Shown: piece by piece, positions 31,675 through 40,083 of the stretch
Layout of the letters: each line of letters opens with the position of its first letter
How positions within the stretch are numbered: position 1 is the stretch's first letter
Source of the DNA: a virus
Taxonomy: Duplodnaviria > Caudoviricetes
DNA: 46,412 bases
IMG/VR virus record: IMGVR_UViG_3300037467_000541
Location: 1-46,412 of that record
Strand: one strand, 5' to 3'
Notes under the pieces: model-generated
Databases searched by the model: none
Told to the model about the DNA's origin: nothing
The model's input: the letters and a program-made list of their open reading frames with translations, nothing else
Made by a program: the position numbers and the translations under genes

Positions 31675-32459
31675 CAGTAGATCCAGAGCGCTCCGTCAGC
31701 AGGCGACGAAGGAGCCGTCGGGGTGACGTAGATGTTCAGCGCGGTGCGCGCGTTCTGCGCGGTGCTTGCGCCCAGGATTGCCAGGCCAATGGTGCTGGCC
31801 GATGCGGTCGGAATCTTCGCGTCGAGCGCGTCCTGCAATCCGTCGATGTTGTCGATGGGATGCGTGTGCGCCTGGTCGGCCTTGCCGTCGAGCGCGGTCT
31901 GAAGATCGGGCTGGTCGGCGATGGTGCCGGTGATCGCCCCCCACACGCCCGAGGCGGACGGAGGAACTTGCCACGAGCCATCGTCGCGCAGGAACTTCGT
32001 GCCGTCCGGCGTGCCGGTACCAACTCGAAGCGGATTCAGGACGCCCGACGTGATGTCGCCCGCGTCGTGGATGTGGGCCGCGGGCGGGAACGTCGCGGGA
32101 ACGCCCGTCAGGTCCGCGTATGCGACCGAGGGCGCCGAAGCGATGATTAGCTCCTCGACGCGATAGAGCGCCTGGAGCATCGCCGTGTTGAGGTCTTGCA
32201 CCGGAATCACGGCTCCGGCGACGAACGATACCAGCGGTTCGGCGGGCGTCGCTCGTTCGAGCTTCACTACCGTCCCCGTCGCGGGAATCGGCGAGAGGCG
32301 GATCTGGCTCGTCGAGAGGTAGGTGTAATCCGTGTCCTTCGTCTTCAGCACGCCGTTGTAGTACACCTTGACGTGCGACCGGTCGATGTACGCAAAGGGC
32401 AGCGTGATGACGCCCGCGAATCCGCTCGGGATCGTCAGGGTGTAGGGTGCGTAAGCCAT
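31674..32459 (-). CDS. gp17: Short tail fibre / adaptor (T7 gp17 N-terminal domain)
   Basis: LPFAYIDRSHVKV...R.TP..PLVSF...DLN...LQALY, then HxH fibre repeats. Confidence 0.85.
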   Translation of the reverse strand: MAYAPYTLTIPSGFAGVITLPFAYIDRSHVKVYYNGVLKTKDTDYTYLSTSQIRLSPIPATGTVVKLERATPAEPLVSFVAGAVIPVQDLNTAMLQALYRVEELIIASAPSVAYADLTGVPATFPPAAHIHDAGDITSGVLNPLRVGTGTPDGTKFLRDDGSWQVPPSASGVWGAITGTIADQPDLQTALDGKADQAHTHPIDNIDGLQDALDAKIPTASASTIGLAILGASTAQNARTALNIYVTPTAPSSPADGALWIY

Positions 32460-32471
32460 AGGTCTCTCTGA

Positions 32472-32499
32472 GAAAAGCGTTGGGGCCCCGAAGGGCCCC
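32472..32499 (-). terminator. Possible terminator or stabilising hairpin
   Basis: GGGGCCC-TTCG-GGGCCCC with a displaced T-run. Confidence 0.4.
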
Positions 32500-32504
32500 G
32501 TGTG

Positions 32505-35500
32505 TTAGTTCTGAAGGAACCAGTCGACCGACTCCGGGTCGGAGTCTTCGTCCTTCTCCGGGAGGTCTTTCGTCAGCGCTTGGTACAGCGGATCGAGACC
32601 CAGCAGGTTGTTCCAGGGGATCAACCGTCGGATCGCATTCGCGTCCGTCTTGTCGAACTGGCGATCTCCACGCAGCACCGCTTGCGCTACGCCGCTCACT
32701 GCACGAGGCAGGTTCTTGAAGAGCGCGGTGTAGGTCGGGTTGCCGGTGATGATGTCACTGCCGAGTCCGCTCGCGCGGGTGTCGAAGAAGCGCTCGCCGA
32801 CGGACAGGCTTGCGCCCGTGTCGATGAGTGCCGGCAACATCGCCGAATAGGAGCTGTTCGCGAACGCCGCAGCCGCCAAGCGGTCGGGGCCCAGGAACTT
32901 CTCGCGGTACTTGTCGATGGTGTCCTGGTCGACGCCAGCGGCCTCCATGCCTCCAATCGCGATCTCGTGCCGCGCCTGGTACGCCATCGCGGCCATGACC
33001 ATCGAGATCACGAAGCGCGAGGCTTCCTCGGCATCATGCAGCGCGATACCGGCGAGGAGCTGCTTGCTGTACGACACCATCGCGAAGCGGCGGAACTGGA
33101 TCAGGATCTTGCCCCAGTTCGAGTGCATCCACTTCGCCGTGTCGCCCAGGTCTTCTTCCTGCACGAGGCGCCGCGCTTCGCGGAACACCGAGTAGAGCAT
33201 CGCATCGCGCGCTTCGACGTCGTTCCACTTCGCCCAGTTGACGATCTTGACCTTGCCGCCGAAGTCGCCGGTGACAGTCTCCGTGTGCGCCTTGATCTGC
33301 TCGGCGATTCGCTTCGCCATGTCGGGATCCAGCCCGAGCTGCGCCATGCGTTCGGCACTGAAGCCGCCGCCGCGCGAGATCTCCTTGTTGAGGCGCTGGA
33401 CGATGTTGCGGGCGACCATTCGCTGTGCGAAGGACGTAATCCACGCCATGCCCGACATGATCTGCGTACCGCGACCCAGGACGCGCAGTCCGTGCTCGGT
33501 CTTGCCGAGAGCGCCCTTCAGGCCAAGCTCTTCACCGGGGTCGAAGGACGAGAACAGCGCGTTGTTGTGGAAGTCCGTGCCGACACCGAGCCATTCCTCC
33601 AGCTCACGGGCGAAGGCGTCGTCGAGCGAGCCATCGGTGCGCCGGAAGAGCTTGAACGCTCCGCCGTCGAAGAACTCCCGCAGGGTCCACTGAAGGTATC
33701 CCTTGCCGAGCAAGCCGGCCGTGTCGGGGAACTGCGACCATCCGACCTGGTTCATCGTCGTCGCGAAGTTGTAGTCGCGCGCGGCGCGGCCCAGGCGCGT
33801 GAGCGCCGTTGCTTCCTGCACAGGCTGACCGGTGATGATCTTGTAGGCGACCTCCGCGGTTTCCTTGACGCGCTTCAGCTCGTCGAGATCGTCGGCAAGT
33901 TCCCGCTCGATGTGCTTGATGCGCGCATCGAAGTCCGCGCGGGACTTGATGCCGATCTTCGCCAGGCCGATGTGGCCCGACACCGAGCGCGAGTAGCGCC
34001 CGTAGAGCGCCTCGACGTTGTTCTCGAAGAGATCCGACATGCGGACCTCGACGTCGGCCTCTCGGCCTTCGCGTGCCGCGTTCTGGCTGCGGAAGCGCAA
34101 CGAGTAGTTCTCGTCGAACTGCTGCCGCATCTTCGCGTTGCGGAAGGATCCCTCCTGCTTCCCGAGGCGCGCGAGGTTGAGCTTCGACAGCTCGCCCACG
34201 AGGTCCTCGACTTCCGCCGAGTCCACGCCGCTCTCTTGCAGGAAGCGCCGCAGGAACGCGACATCATCCCAGCCCACGCCCTGCATCAGGCGAGCGTCGG
34301 AGCCCACACGCAACTCTTTCATGCGCGTGACGTAGTGGTCGGCGAGCTTCGCCGCGATCTTATCCGGGATGTCGTCGTTCGCAGCCTGGATCGCCTTCTG
34401 CACCAACAGGCGCATGTTCGGCGAGCCGATGTCCTTCTCGATGTCGTGCACGCGCTTGAAGTCGAACACGCGCGGTAGGTAGTGGTCGTTGATCTCGACC
34501 TCGGTGAGGCCCTTGACGCCGGCTTCCTTCGCCTGGCGCAGGTAGTCCGCGAACAGCGAGCGGATCTTGCCGGCAGCCTTGATGATCGCCGGATCCGCCG
34601 AGTCCTGGCCGCGGATGTGCAGGCCCAGCTCGGACATGAAGCGCTCGCGCGCGGGGCGCGTCTGACGCTCGAACAAGCCGATGCCGTTGCGCTCGGCCCA
34701 GTCCTTGTAGGCGGGCTCGACGGCCGAGTAGAACTTCGCCGTCATCGACTCGTGGATCCGCGCGTGGATCTCGCTGGCGCCGACGATGTTGGCGCTGCGG
34801 TCGACGTTGCCGGTGGCGTTGCCGACCAGCGGGCCCAGCATCTTGCGGACGACAGGGTTCGAGGAGCCGCGCAGGATGCCGCTGAAGGTCGCCAGCGGGC
34901 CATGCCGCACCGCGGCGGCCAGCTTCATCTTCCCGACCGTGGGGAGGCCGATGTCCTGGCCTTCCAGGTGGGGATGCGTCCCTTCGTCGAAGCCGGTGAA
35001 TCGGGCCGCCGACAGGGTGTCCTCGCCGAACGCCGACAGGCGCTCCTGAGCGACCCTATCGGCCGCCTGGACGCCGGCCGCACGAGCTTGCTCGATACCA
35101 GCCAGCTTCCCTTCGAGGGCCGCCTTGCGCTCGTCCAGGCCCTTTACGGCCAGGTCGCGGGCGTCGGTCGCCCGACGGAGCTGCTGCACCGCAGCCAGCT
35201 CGCGGTCCGCGTGTGCGGCACGCCCTTCGGCGTCGAGCATCCCGAGATGGTCGCCCTTCGCCGCGGCGCGTTCCACGCGACGGAGTTCCACACGGGCCTC
35301 TTCGGCCGCGGTGTGGCGCCCCAGGAGCGTTTCGGCGCGCTGGAGGTTCGAGCGGATCGTCTCGATGCGCTGCTGCGCTTCGAGCTTGGCGGCGCCCTGA
35401 CGCAGCTTCGTGCGCTGCTTCGAGGTGGCTTCCGCCTCGCCCATGGAGGCGATGTCTTCCTTCAGCATCCGCGCTTCGACGTCCGCTTGGAGCGTGTCGG

Positions 35501-36941
35501 CTTGGCGCATCTGCTTGCGGAGCCCTTCGGTCTCGCGGCGCAGGGCAGCCAGCTCAGAGCGCTTCAACGCGCCCGTGGCCTGCTGTGCGAGTGCACTGCG
35601 GCGAGCGTCCGCGGTCTCGCGGAGATGCGCACTGAGCGCGTCCAGGTCAGCCTGAGCGCGGCTGACGTGCGGGTCGTAGTTGAGGAGCGACTCGCGCGCG
35701 GTGCCGAGATCGGCGAGCTGGTTCGAGAGTTCGAGCTTCTGCGAGTCGAGCTTGTGGTTCAGCTCGGCGACGTCCAGCAGGTTGCGCTCGCGCACGTAGG
35801 CGTGCTGCAAGTCGCGCAGCGCGCGGCCGTTGAACACGCGCGTCGTCGCGCCGCCGAGCAAGCCGGCCGTGATGCCGGCCGCCAGAACGTCCCAACCGTC
35901 GCGGGTCGGATCGCCCTCGTCGACGCCGGCCTCGAAGGCCGCGTTGACCGCGAAGGCTTCGCCGGCCGCGACGCCCGCGCCTTTCCAGGCGGAAGCACGC
36001 GAGATGTTCTCCAGCGCCTTGACGCCAGCGCTCGCCTCTTCGAGGCGCCCAGCGGTGCGTGCTGCGGTGATCGCGCGGCGCAGCCGCTCTTCCTTCGAGA
36101 GGACACCGACGCCGCCCGTGCCGAAGCCGATGGCGAGGCCGACGGGATCCATGAAGTTCAGTGCGATGCGCCCTGCAACGCCCCAGCCACCGTACTGCGC
36201 GATCTCTTTCTCCGCCTGCATCGAGGCGCGCAAGCGCATCGCCAGGAGATCCAGGTGGGCGCGCGACGAGGCCATCGCGAGGCCGCTCCAGTATTCCTCA
36301 GGGATCCCTTCGGTGACTTGCTTCCACTCCTTGTCGGAGAGCTGGCCGAGGTCGAAGTTCGGATCGAACTGGATACCGGCGTCCTCGTGTGCGCGCATGA
36401 TCGCGCTCGTCGAGAAGTCTCGACCGATGACGTCGGTGATGAAGGTGCGGAGGCCGACCCGTTGCTGTTGCTCAGGATCCTCCGCGGTCGGCAAAGGGCC
36501 GAGGCCCTCCGCGACGTGGGTGATGCCCTCGATCCCCGACGAGGCGCGGAACGGGAGCGATTGCTTCGCCCACTCGTCAGCGCGAGCGGGACCAGCGTTG
36601 TATGCGGCGAGCGCGAGGTCGGGGCGGCCTGGATAGCGATGGATCATCGCCGCCAGGTAATCGCGCCCGACACGCGCACGCTCTTCGTCGGAGTCGTCGG
36701 CAGCCGGCGCCACACCGAAGCCAGGAGCGCGCAGCGTCTCCGGCATCGTCTGCATCACGCCCACTGCGCCCTTCGCGGACACAGCGCGCGGATTGCCGCC
36801 CGATTCTTGGGCGATGACGTGCGGGAGGAGATGCTTCAGCACTTCCTCATCGGTGGCGCCCTTCTTGATCTTCCCCGCCTTCGAGAGGATCGAGCGGACG
36901 TAGTTGTCCGTCTCCTCGATGGGGAACATGCGGTCTGCCAT
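32505..36941 (-). CDS. gp16: Internal virion (ejection) protein with an N-terminal lytic transglycosylase domain (gp16-like)
   Basis: 1478 aa; QESGGNP.AVS.KGA.G.MQ and ALAAYNAGP motifs; position before gp17. Confidence 0.88.
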   Translation of the reverse strand: MADRMFPIEETDNYVRSILSKAGKIKKGATDEEVLKHLLPHVIAQESGGNPRAVSAKGAVGVMQTMPETLRAPGFGVAPAADDSDEERARVGRDYLAAMIHRYPGRPDLALAAYNAGPARADEWAKQSLPFRASSGIEGITHVAEGLGPLPTAEDPEQQQRVGLRTFITDVIGRDFSTSAIMRAHEDAGIQFDPNFDLGQLSDKEWKQVTEGIPEEYWSGLAMASSRAHLDLLAMRLRASMQAEKEIAQYGGWGVAGRIALNFMDPVGLAIGFGTGGVGVLSKEERLRRAITAARTAGRLEEASAGVKALENISRASAWKGAGVAAGEAFAVNAAFEAGVDEGDPTRDGWDVLAAGITAGLLGGATTRVFNGRALRDLQHAYVRERNLLDVAELNHKLDSQKLELSNQLADLGTARESLLNYDPHVSRAQADLDALSAHLRETADARRSALAQQATGALKRSELAALRRETEGLRKQMRQADTLQADVEARMLKEDIASMGEAEATSKQRTKLRQGAAKLEAQQRIETIRSNLQRAETLLGRHTAAEEARVELRRVERAAAKGDHLGMLDAEGRAAHADRELAAVQQLRRATDARDLAVKGLDERKAALEGKLAGIEQARAAGVQAADRVAQERLSAFGEDTLSAARFTGFDEGTHPHLEGQDIGLPTVGKMKLAAAVRHGPLATFSGILRGSSNPVVRKMLGPLVGNATGNVDRSANIVGASEIHARIHESMTAKFYSAVEPAYKDWAERNGIGLFERQTRPARERFMSELGLHIRGQDSADPAIIKAAGKIRSLFADYLRQAKEAGVKGLTEVEINDHYLPRVFDFKRVHDIEKDIGSPNMRLLVQKAIQAANDDIPDKIAAKLADHYVTRMKELRVGSDARLMQGVGWDDVAFLRRFLQESGVDSAEVEDLVGELSKLNLARLGKQEGSFRNAKMRQQFDENYSLRFRSQNAAREGREADVEVRMSDLFENNVEALYGRYSRSVSGHIGLAKIGIKSRADFDARIKHIERELADDLDELKRVKETAEVAYKIITGQPVQEATALTRLGRAARDYNFATTMNQVGWSQFPDTAGLLGKGYLQWTLREFFDGGAFKLFRRTDGSLDDAFARELEEWLGVGTDFHNNALFSSFDPGEELGLKGALGKTEHGLRVLGRGTQIMSGMAWITSFAQRMVARNIVQRLNKEISRGGGFSAERMAQLGLDPDMAKRIAEQIKAHTETVTGDFGGKVKIVNWAKWNDVEARDAMLYSVFREARRLVQEEDLGDTAKWMHSNWGKILIQFRRFAMVSYSKQLLAGIALHDAEEASRFVISMVMAAMAYQARHEIAIGGMEAAGVDQDTIDKYREKFLGPDRLAAAAFANSSYSAMLPALIDTGASLSVGERFFDTRASGLGSDIITGNPTYTALFKNLPRAVSGVAQAVLRGDRQFDKTDANAIRRLIPWNNLLGLDPLYQALTKDLPEKDEDSDPESVDWFLQN

Positions 36942-36953
36942 TGGACTCCTGCT

Positions 36954-39110
36954 TTACTCGTGGCCCGGACGATTCGCGGGGTTGAGGGATTGGTCGGTCG
37001 TGTCGAAGTTCTGACCCTGGCGGTTGATCGCCTGGATCGCGCGGTTCTTCTGCACGACTTGCTGACGGGTCGTATCGGGGAACCGACGGCGATACGTGTC
37101 GATCAGGCCGGCCGCGGTGAACACCGTGCCGGTGGACACGCCACCTTGTCGGTCGACCTCGAACGCCAGTCCGCGCCCGTTGATGTCGTACCGGGGGTTG
37201 ATGGTGAGAGGCTCGTCGGCCGGGATCTTCAGCTTCTTCGCCAGGTTCGGCAGTTCGCTGGAGTACCAGTCGATTGCCTTCTCCAGCGTCGTCGGATCCT
37301 GCACCGCCGACTTCGGCAGCACGGCCCACTTGCCTTGGATCGCGAGGGCGACGTGCGTCTGCTTGATGCGCTCCTCGGCGAACTTCTGTGCGTCTTCGAG
37401 CGAGAGATCCTTCGTCAGCGCCGCGGCCGTCAGCGCCTCGTACTTCGAGGCCAGGTAGCCGGCGTTCATCGCCTTCGTCGAGCGAACCTCGTCGCCGAAC
37501 ATGAGGAAGCCGCCACCAGTGGGGACGTCGAAGCCCGTCTTGCGGACCTTGACCTTCTGCATCTGCGACGCGACGTAGGCCGCGGTGGCCTTGTCGCCCA
37601 TCGTGCGGACACGCTCGGCGATTCCGTCTTTGTCCTCGCCGGCATCCTGCGCGCCGATGGCGACCTCGTACATGAGCGCCGCGTCGTCGTCGACGTACTG
37701 GCCTACGACGCCTTTCGCCTTCAGGACCTTGTAGGCATCCATGCGGGCGATCAGGTCGCCGGGAGCGGCCTGGCTGACGCCTGAGAGGTCACGCTTCAGC
37801 GGACCGTAGGCCATGCCTTCCTGCGCCGAGAGGTTCGCGACGGCGGCGACGAGATCGGGGTTGCCGACCAGGCCATTGCCGCCGAGAGCTTCGACGGGAG
37901 CGCCCTGGCCCGTGAGGACCATTTGCACCCAGCCGTCGTACATCTTCTGCGTCTTTTCGTCGGAGTCCGGCGCACCGGGCATGCCGGTGATCGAGACCCA
38001 CCGACCAGTGACCTTGCGCGCATCGAGCGCGCCCTCGAAGTCGGCCTCGGCCTGGTTCTTCTTGGACAGCGCAATCTGCGACGCTTGGATGTACTGCGCG
38101 GCCGTCGCGGGCGACAGCGGGTCGGACGGATCGTCGCCTACGGTGAACCCATAGGCCGCGATGGAGTCCTGCGTGATCGGCACGCCGTTCGCGAGGTCTT
38201 CGTCGAGCTTCGTGCGCGCCTTGTACTCACCGGCCGCGTACTGCTGCTTGTAGAAGTGGTCGTACTGGTTCTCGGCTTGCGCCATCGCGGTGTTGATGAT
38301 GCCGCGGTACTTCGGCGAGTACATCGGACCCGGCAGCTTCTCACCGTTCGGTCCGATGACCTCCGAGGGGATCAGGTCGCGGAAGTGCTTGTAGTCCTGA
38401 CCGTTGGTGGCGGCGTTCTCGATCTGCTGCGCGACGATGCCGACGAGTACAGCGTTCGAGCGCGTGGCGTCGCCGGTCTGCGAGTACAGCCGATGGAACT
38501 GCTCATCCCAGTTGAAGGTGCCGGTCTTGTCGAGCTGCGACGAGATGTCCTGCAACGCCATGTCTTCGGCGGCCTTCGCGTTGTTCTCGGCCTGGCCCTT
38601 GAGGACATTGCCGGCGAAGGTGTCGATGAACTGCTTGTACCGCTCACCGATCAGGAGCTTCGCGCGCGGATCCGCGATCAGCGGACCCAGCTCGCTCTTC
38701 ATCCATCCGTCGACGACGGCAACTTGCTCATCGAGCGGGCGACTCTTGTCGAGTTCGTCACTCGCCGCGCGCTCGGAGACCTTCTGCTCGGCATCGTGGT
38801 ACTGCTCCAGGATTGCGACCTGGTAGGCGCCGTCGGCGTAGGCGCGCGACTTCTTCGCACGCGCCATGTCCGCATTGCCCAGTTGCTCGTCCGCCTGGCC
38901 CTGCTTGAAGTCGAACTCCTGGCGAGCCTGAGCGGCGTGGCCGGCGACCGTGGCACCGATGCCGAGCGCCTTGACGAGCTGCGAGAGGCCGCTCTCCTGG
39001 ACCGCAGGCATCGGCAGGTTCGTCGGCGCGACGACGCCTAGCTGCGGCGCCTCGTGGTCGAGCGCAACCTGCACTCGCACCGTAGGACGGCGCGTGGTGG
39101 GACGGGTCAT
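36954..39110 (-). CDS. Internal virion protein (gp15-like)
   Basis: 718 aa, helical; synteny. Confidence 0.75.
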   Translation of the reverse strand: MTRPTTRRPTVRVQVALDHEAPQLGVVAPTNLPMPAVQESGLSQLVKALGIGATVAGHAAQARQEFDFKQGQADEQLGNADMARAKKSRAYADGAYQVAILEQYHDAEQKVSERAASDELDKSRPLDEQVAVVDGWMKSELGPLIADPRAKLLIGERYKQFIDTFAGNVLKGQAENNAKAAEDMALQDISSQLDKTGTFNWDEQFHRLYSQTGDATRSNAVLVGIVAQQIENAATNGQDYKHFRDLIPSEVIGPNGEKLPGPMYSPKYRGIINTAMAQAENQYDHFYKQQYAAGEYKARTKLDEDLANGVPITQDSIAAYGFTVGDDPSDPLSPATAAQYIQASQIALSKKNQAEADFEGALDARKVTGRWVSITGMPGAPDSDEKTQKMYDGWVQMVLTGQGAPVEALGGNGLVGNPDLVAAVANLSAQEGMAYGPLKRDLSGVSQAAPGDLIARMDAYKVLKAKGVVGQYVDDDAALMYEVAIGAQDAGEDKDGIAERVRTMGDKATAAYVASQMQKVKVRKTGFDVPTGGGFLMFGDEVRSTKAMNAGYLASKYEALTAAALTKDLSLEDAQKFAEERIKQTHVALAIQGKWAVLPKSAVQDPTTLEKAIDWYSSELPNLAKKLKIPADEPLTINPRYDINGRGLAFEVDRQGGVSTGTVFTAAGLIDTYRRRFPDTTRQQVVQKNRAIQAINRQGQNFDTTDQSLNPANRPGHE

Positions 39111-39123
39111 GGGGGTTCCTCAG

Positions 39124-39612
39124 TTAGCCGCGGCCAGGCTGGCGGCCGAAGTAGCCAGTGCCACCGGCGCCGTAGTAGGCGCTGACGCCGGAGCCCACCG
39201 CATCGAGGGCGATGCCGAGGCCGGACTTGGTGACGAGGGCTGCAAGGTTGGAGCGATAGGAAGCGTCGCGGGCGCGCTGTGCGTTCGCGCCGTTCTTCAG
39301 GGTGAGGCCAGAGTTGATCGACTGGTTGACCGAAGACTCCTGGAGCATCGCCAGGAACGAGCCCGAGCCCAGGTTGATGCCGGACTCCGAAGCAGCGACA
39401 CGCGCGGCGGCACGCTCACGACGAGCGGCACGCGCAATCTCGTTGACCTCGTTGCCGGTCTGCTGGTTGATCTCGTCTTGTCGGACCTGGTTCTGGACCG
39501 CGAGAGCTTTCTGCTGGTTCTTGATGGCGCGGTTCTGCGCCTTGTTCTGCTCATAGGAGCCGACCGCCGCGATGCCTGCGACGATCCACGGGATAGCTGC
39601 GACCCAGCACAT
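39124..39612 (-). CDS. Internal virion protein (gp14-like)
   Basis: MCWVAAIP start; Q/A-rich; AASESGI.GS. Confidence 0.82.
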   Translation of the reverse strand: MCWVAAIPWIVAGIAAVGSYEQNKAQNRAIKNQQKALAVQNQVRQDEINQQTGNEVNEIARAARRERAAARVAASESGINLGSGSFLAMLQESSVNQSINSGLTLKNGANAQRARDASYRSNLAALVTKSGLGIALDAVGSGVSAYYGAGGTGYFGRQPGRG

Positions 39613-39615
39613 GCG

Positions 39616-40083
39616 TCAGCTCTCCCGTACTTTTGCGAATCGAATGAAGGGCATCCGCTGGACGCCGTAGAAGGGGTAGACCTCGCACATGGCGAAGCCG
39701 GCCCAGGCGAGCCACTGGATGCTCGTGGTGTTGCGACAGTCCACGACGTTCTCCAGGATGGGGAAGTAGTCGTGCATCTCGTCGATGTAGACGCCGCAGT
39801 TGCGGAGGAAGTAGACCTTCTGCGTCTCGAACTCGGGCGCAGCGAGGAACCAGGGGATTCCCGTCATGGCCTTGTGGGGGCTTGCAGCAACTCCGAAGAT
39901 CGCGACGGGTTCGCCGTCGACGAGCCACGCCCAGGCCATGATGGAGCCAGCGACGGACATCGTGAGTGCGATGTCCGCGCTTTCCCCTGCCGCTGCTTTG
40001 ATCTCGTCTCGGTCAGCCTGACGGAGCCGCGGGGCCAGGGCCTCCGCGTGCTCCAGAGTGGCCGGGACAATCTCGTTCTTCAT
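39616..40083 (-). CDS. gp13-like protein (GNAT-like fold)
   Basis: LRQADRDEI...AIFGV...PWFL...LENVV...SIQWLAWAGF; synteny. Confidence 0.8.
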   Translation of the reverse strand: MKNEIVPATLEHAEALAPRLRQADRDEIKAAAGESADIALTMSVAGSIMAWAWLVDGEPVAIFGVAASPHKAMTGIPWFLAAPEFETQKVYFLRNCGVYIDEMHDYFPILENVVDCRNTTSIQWLAWAGFAMCEVYPFYGVQRMPFIRFAKVRES

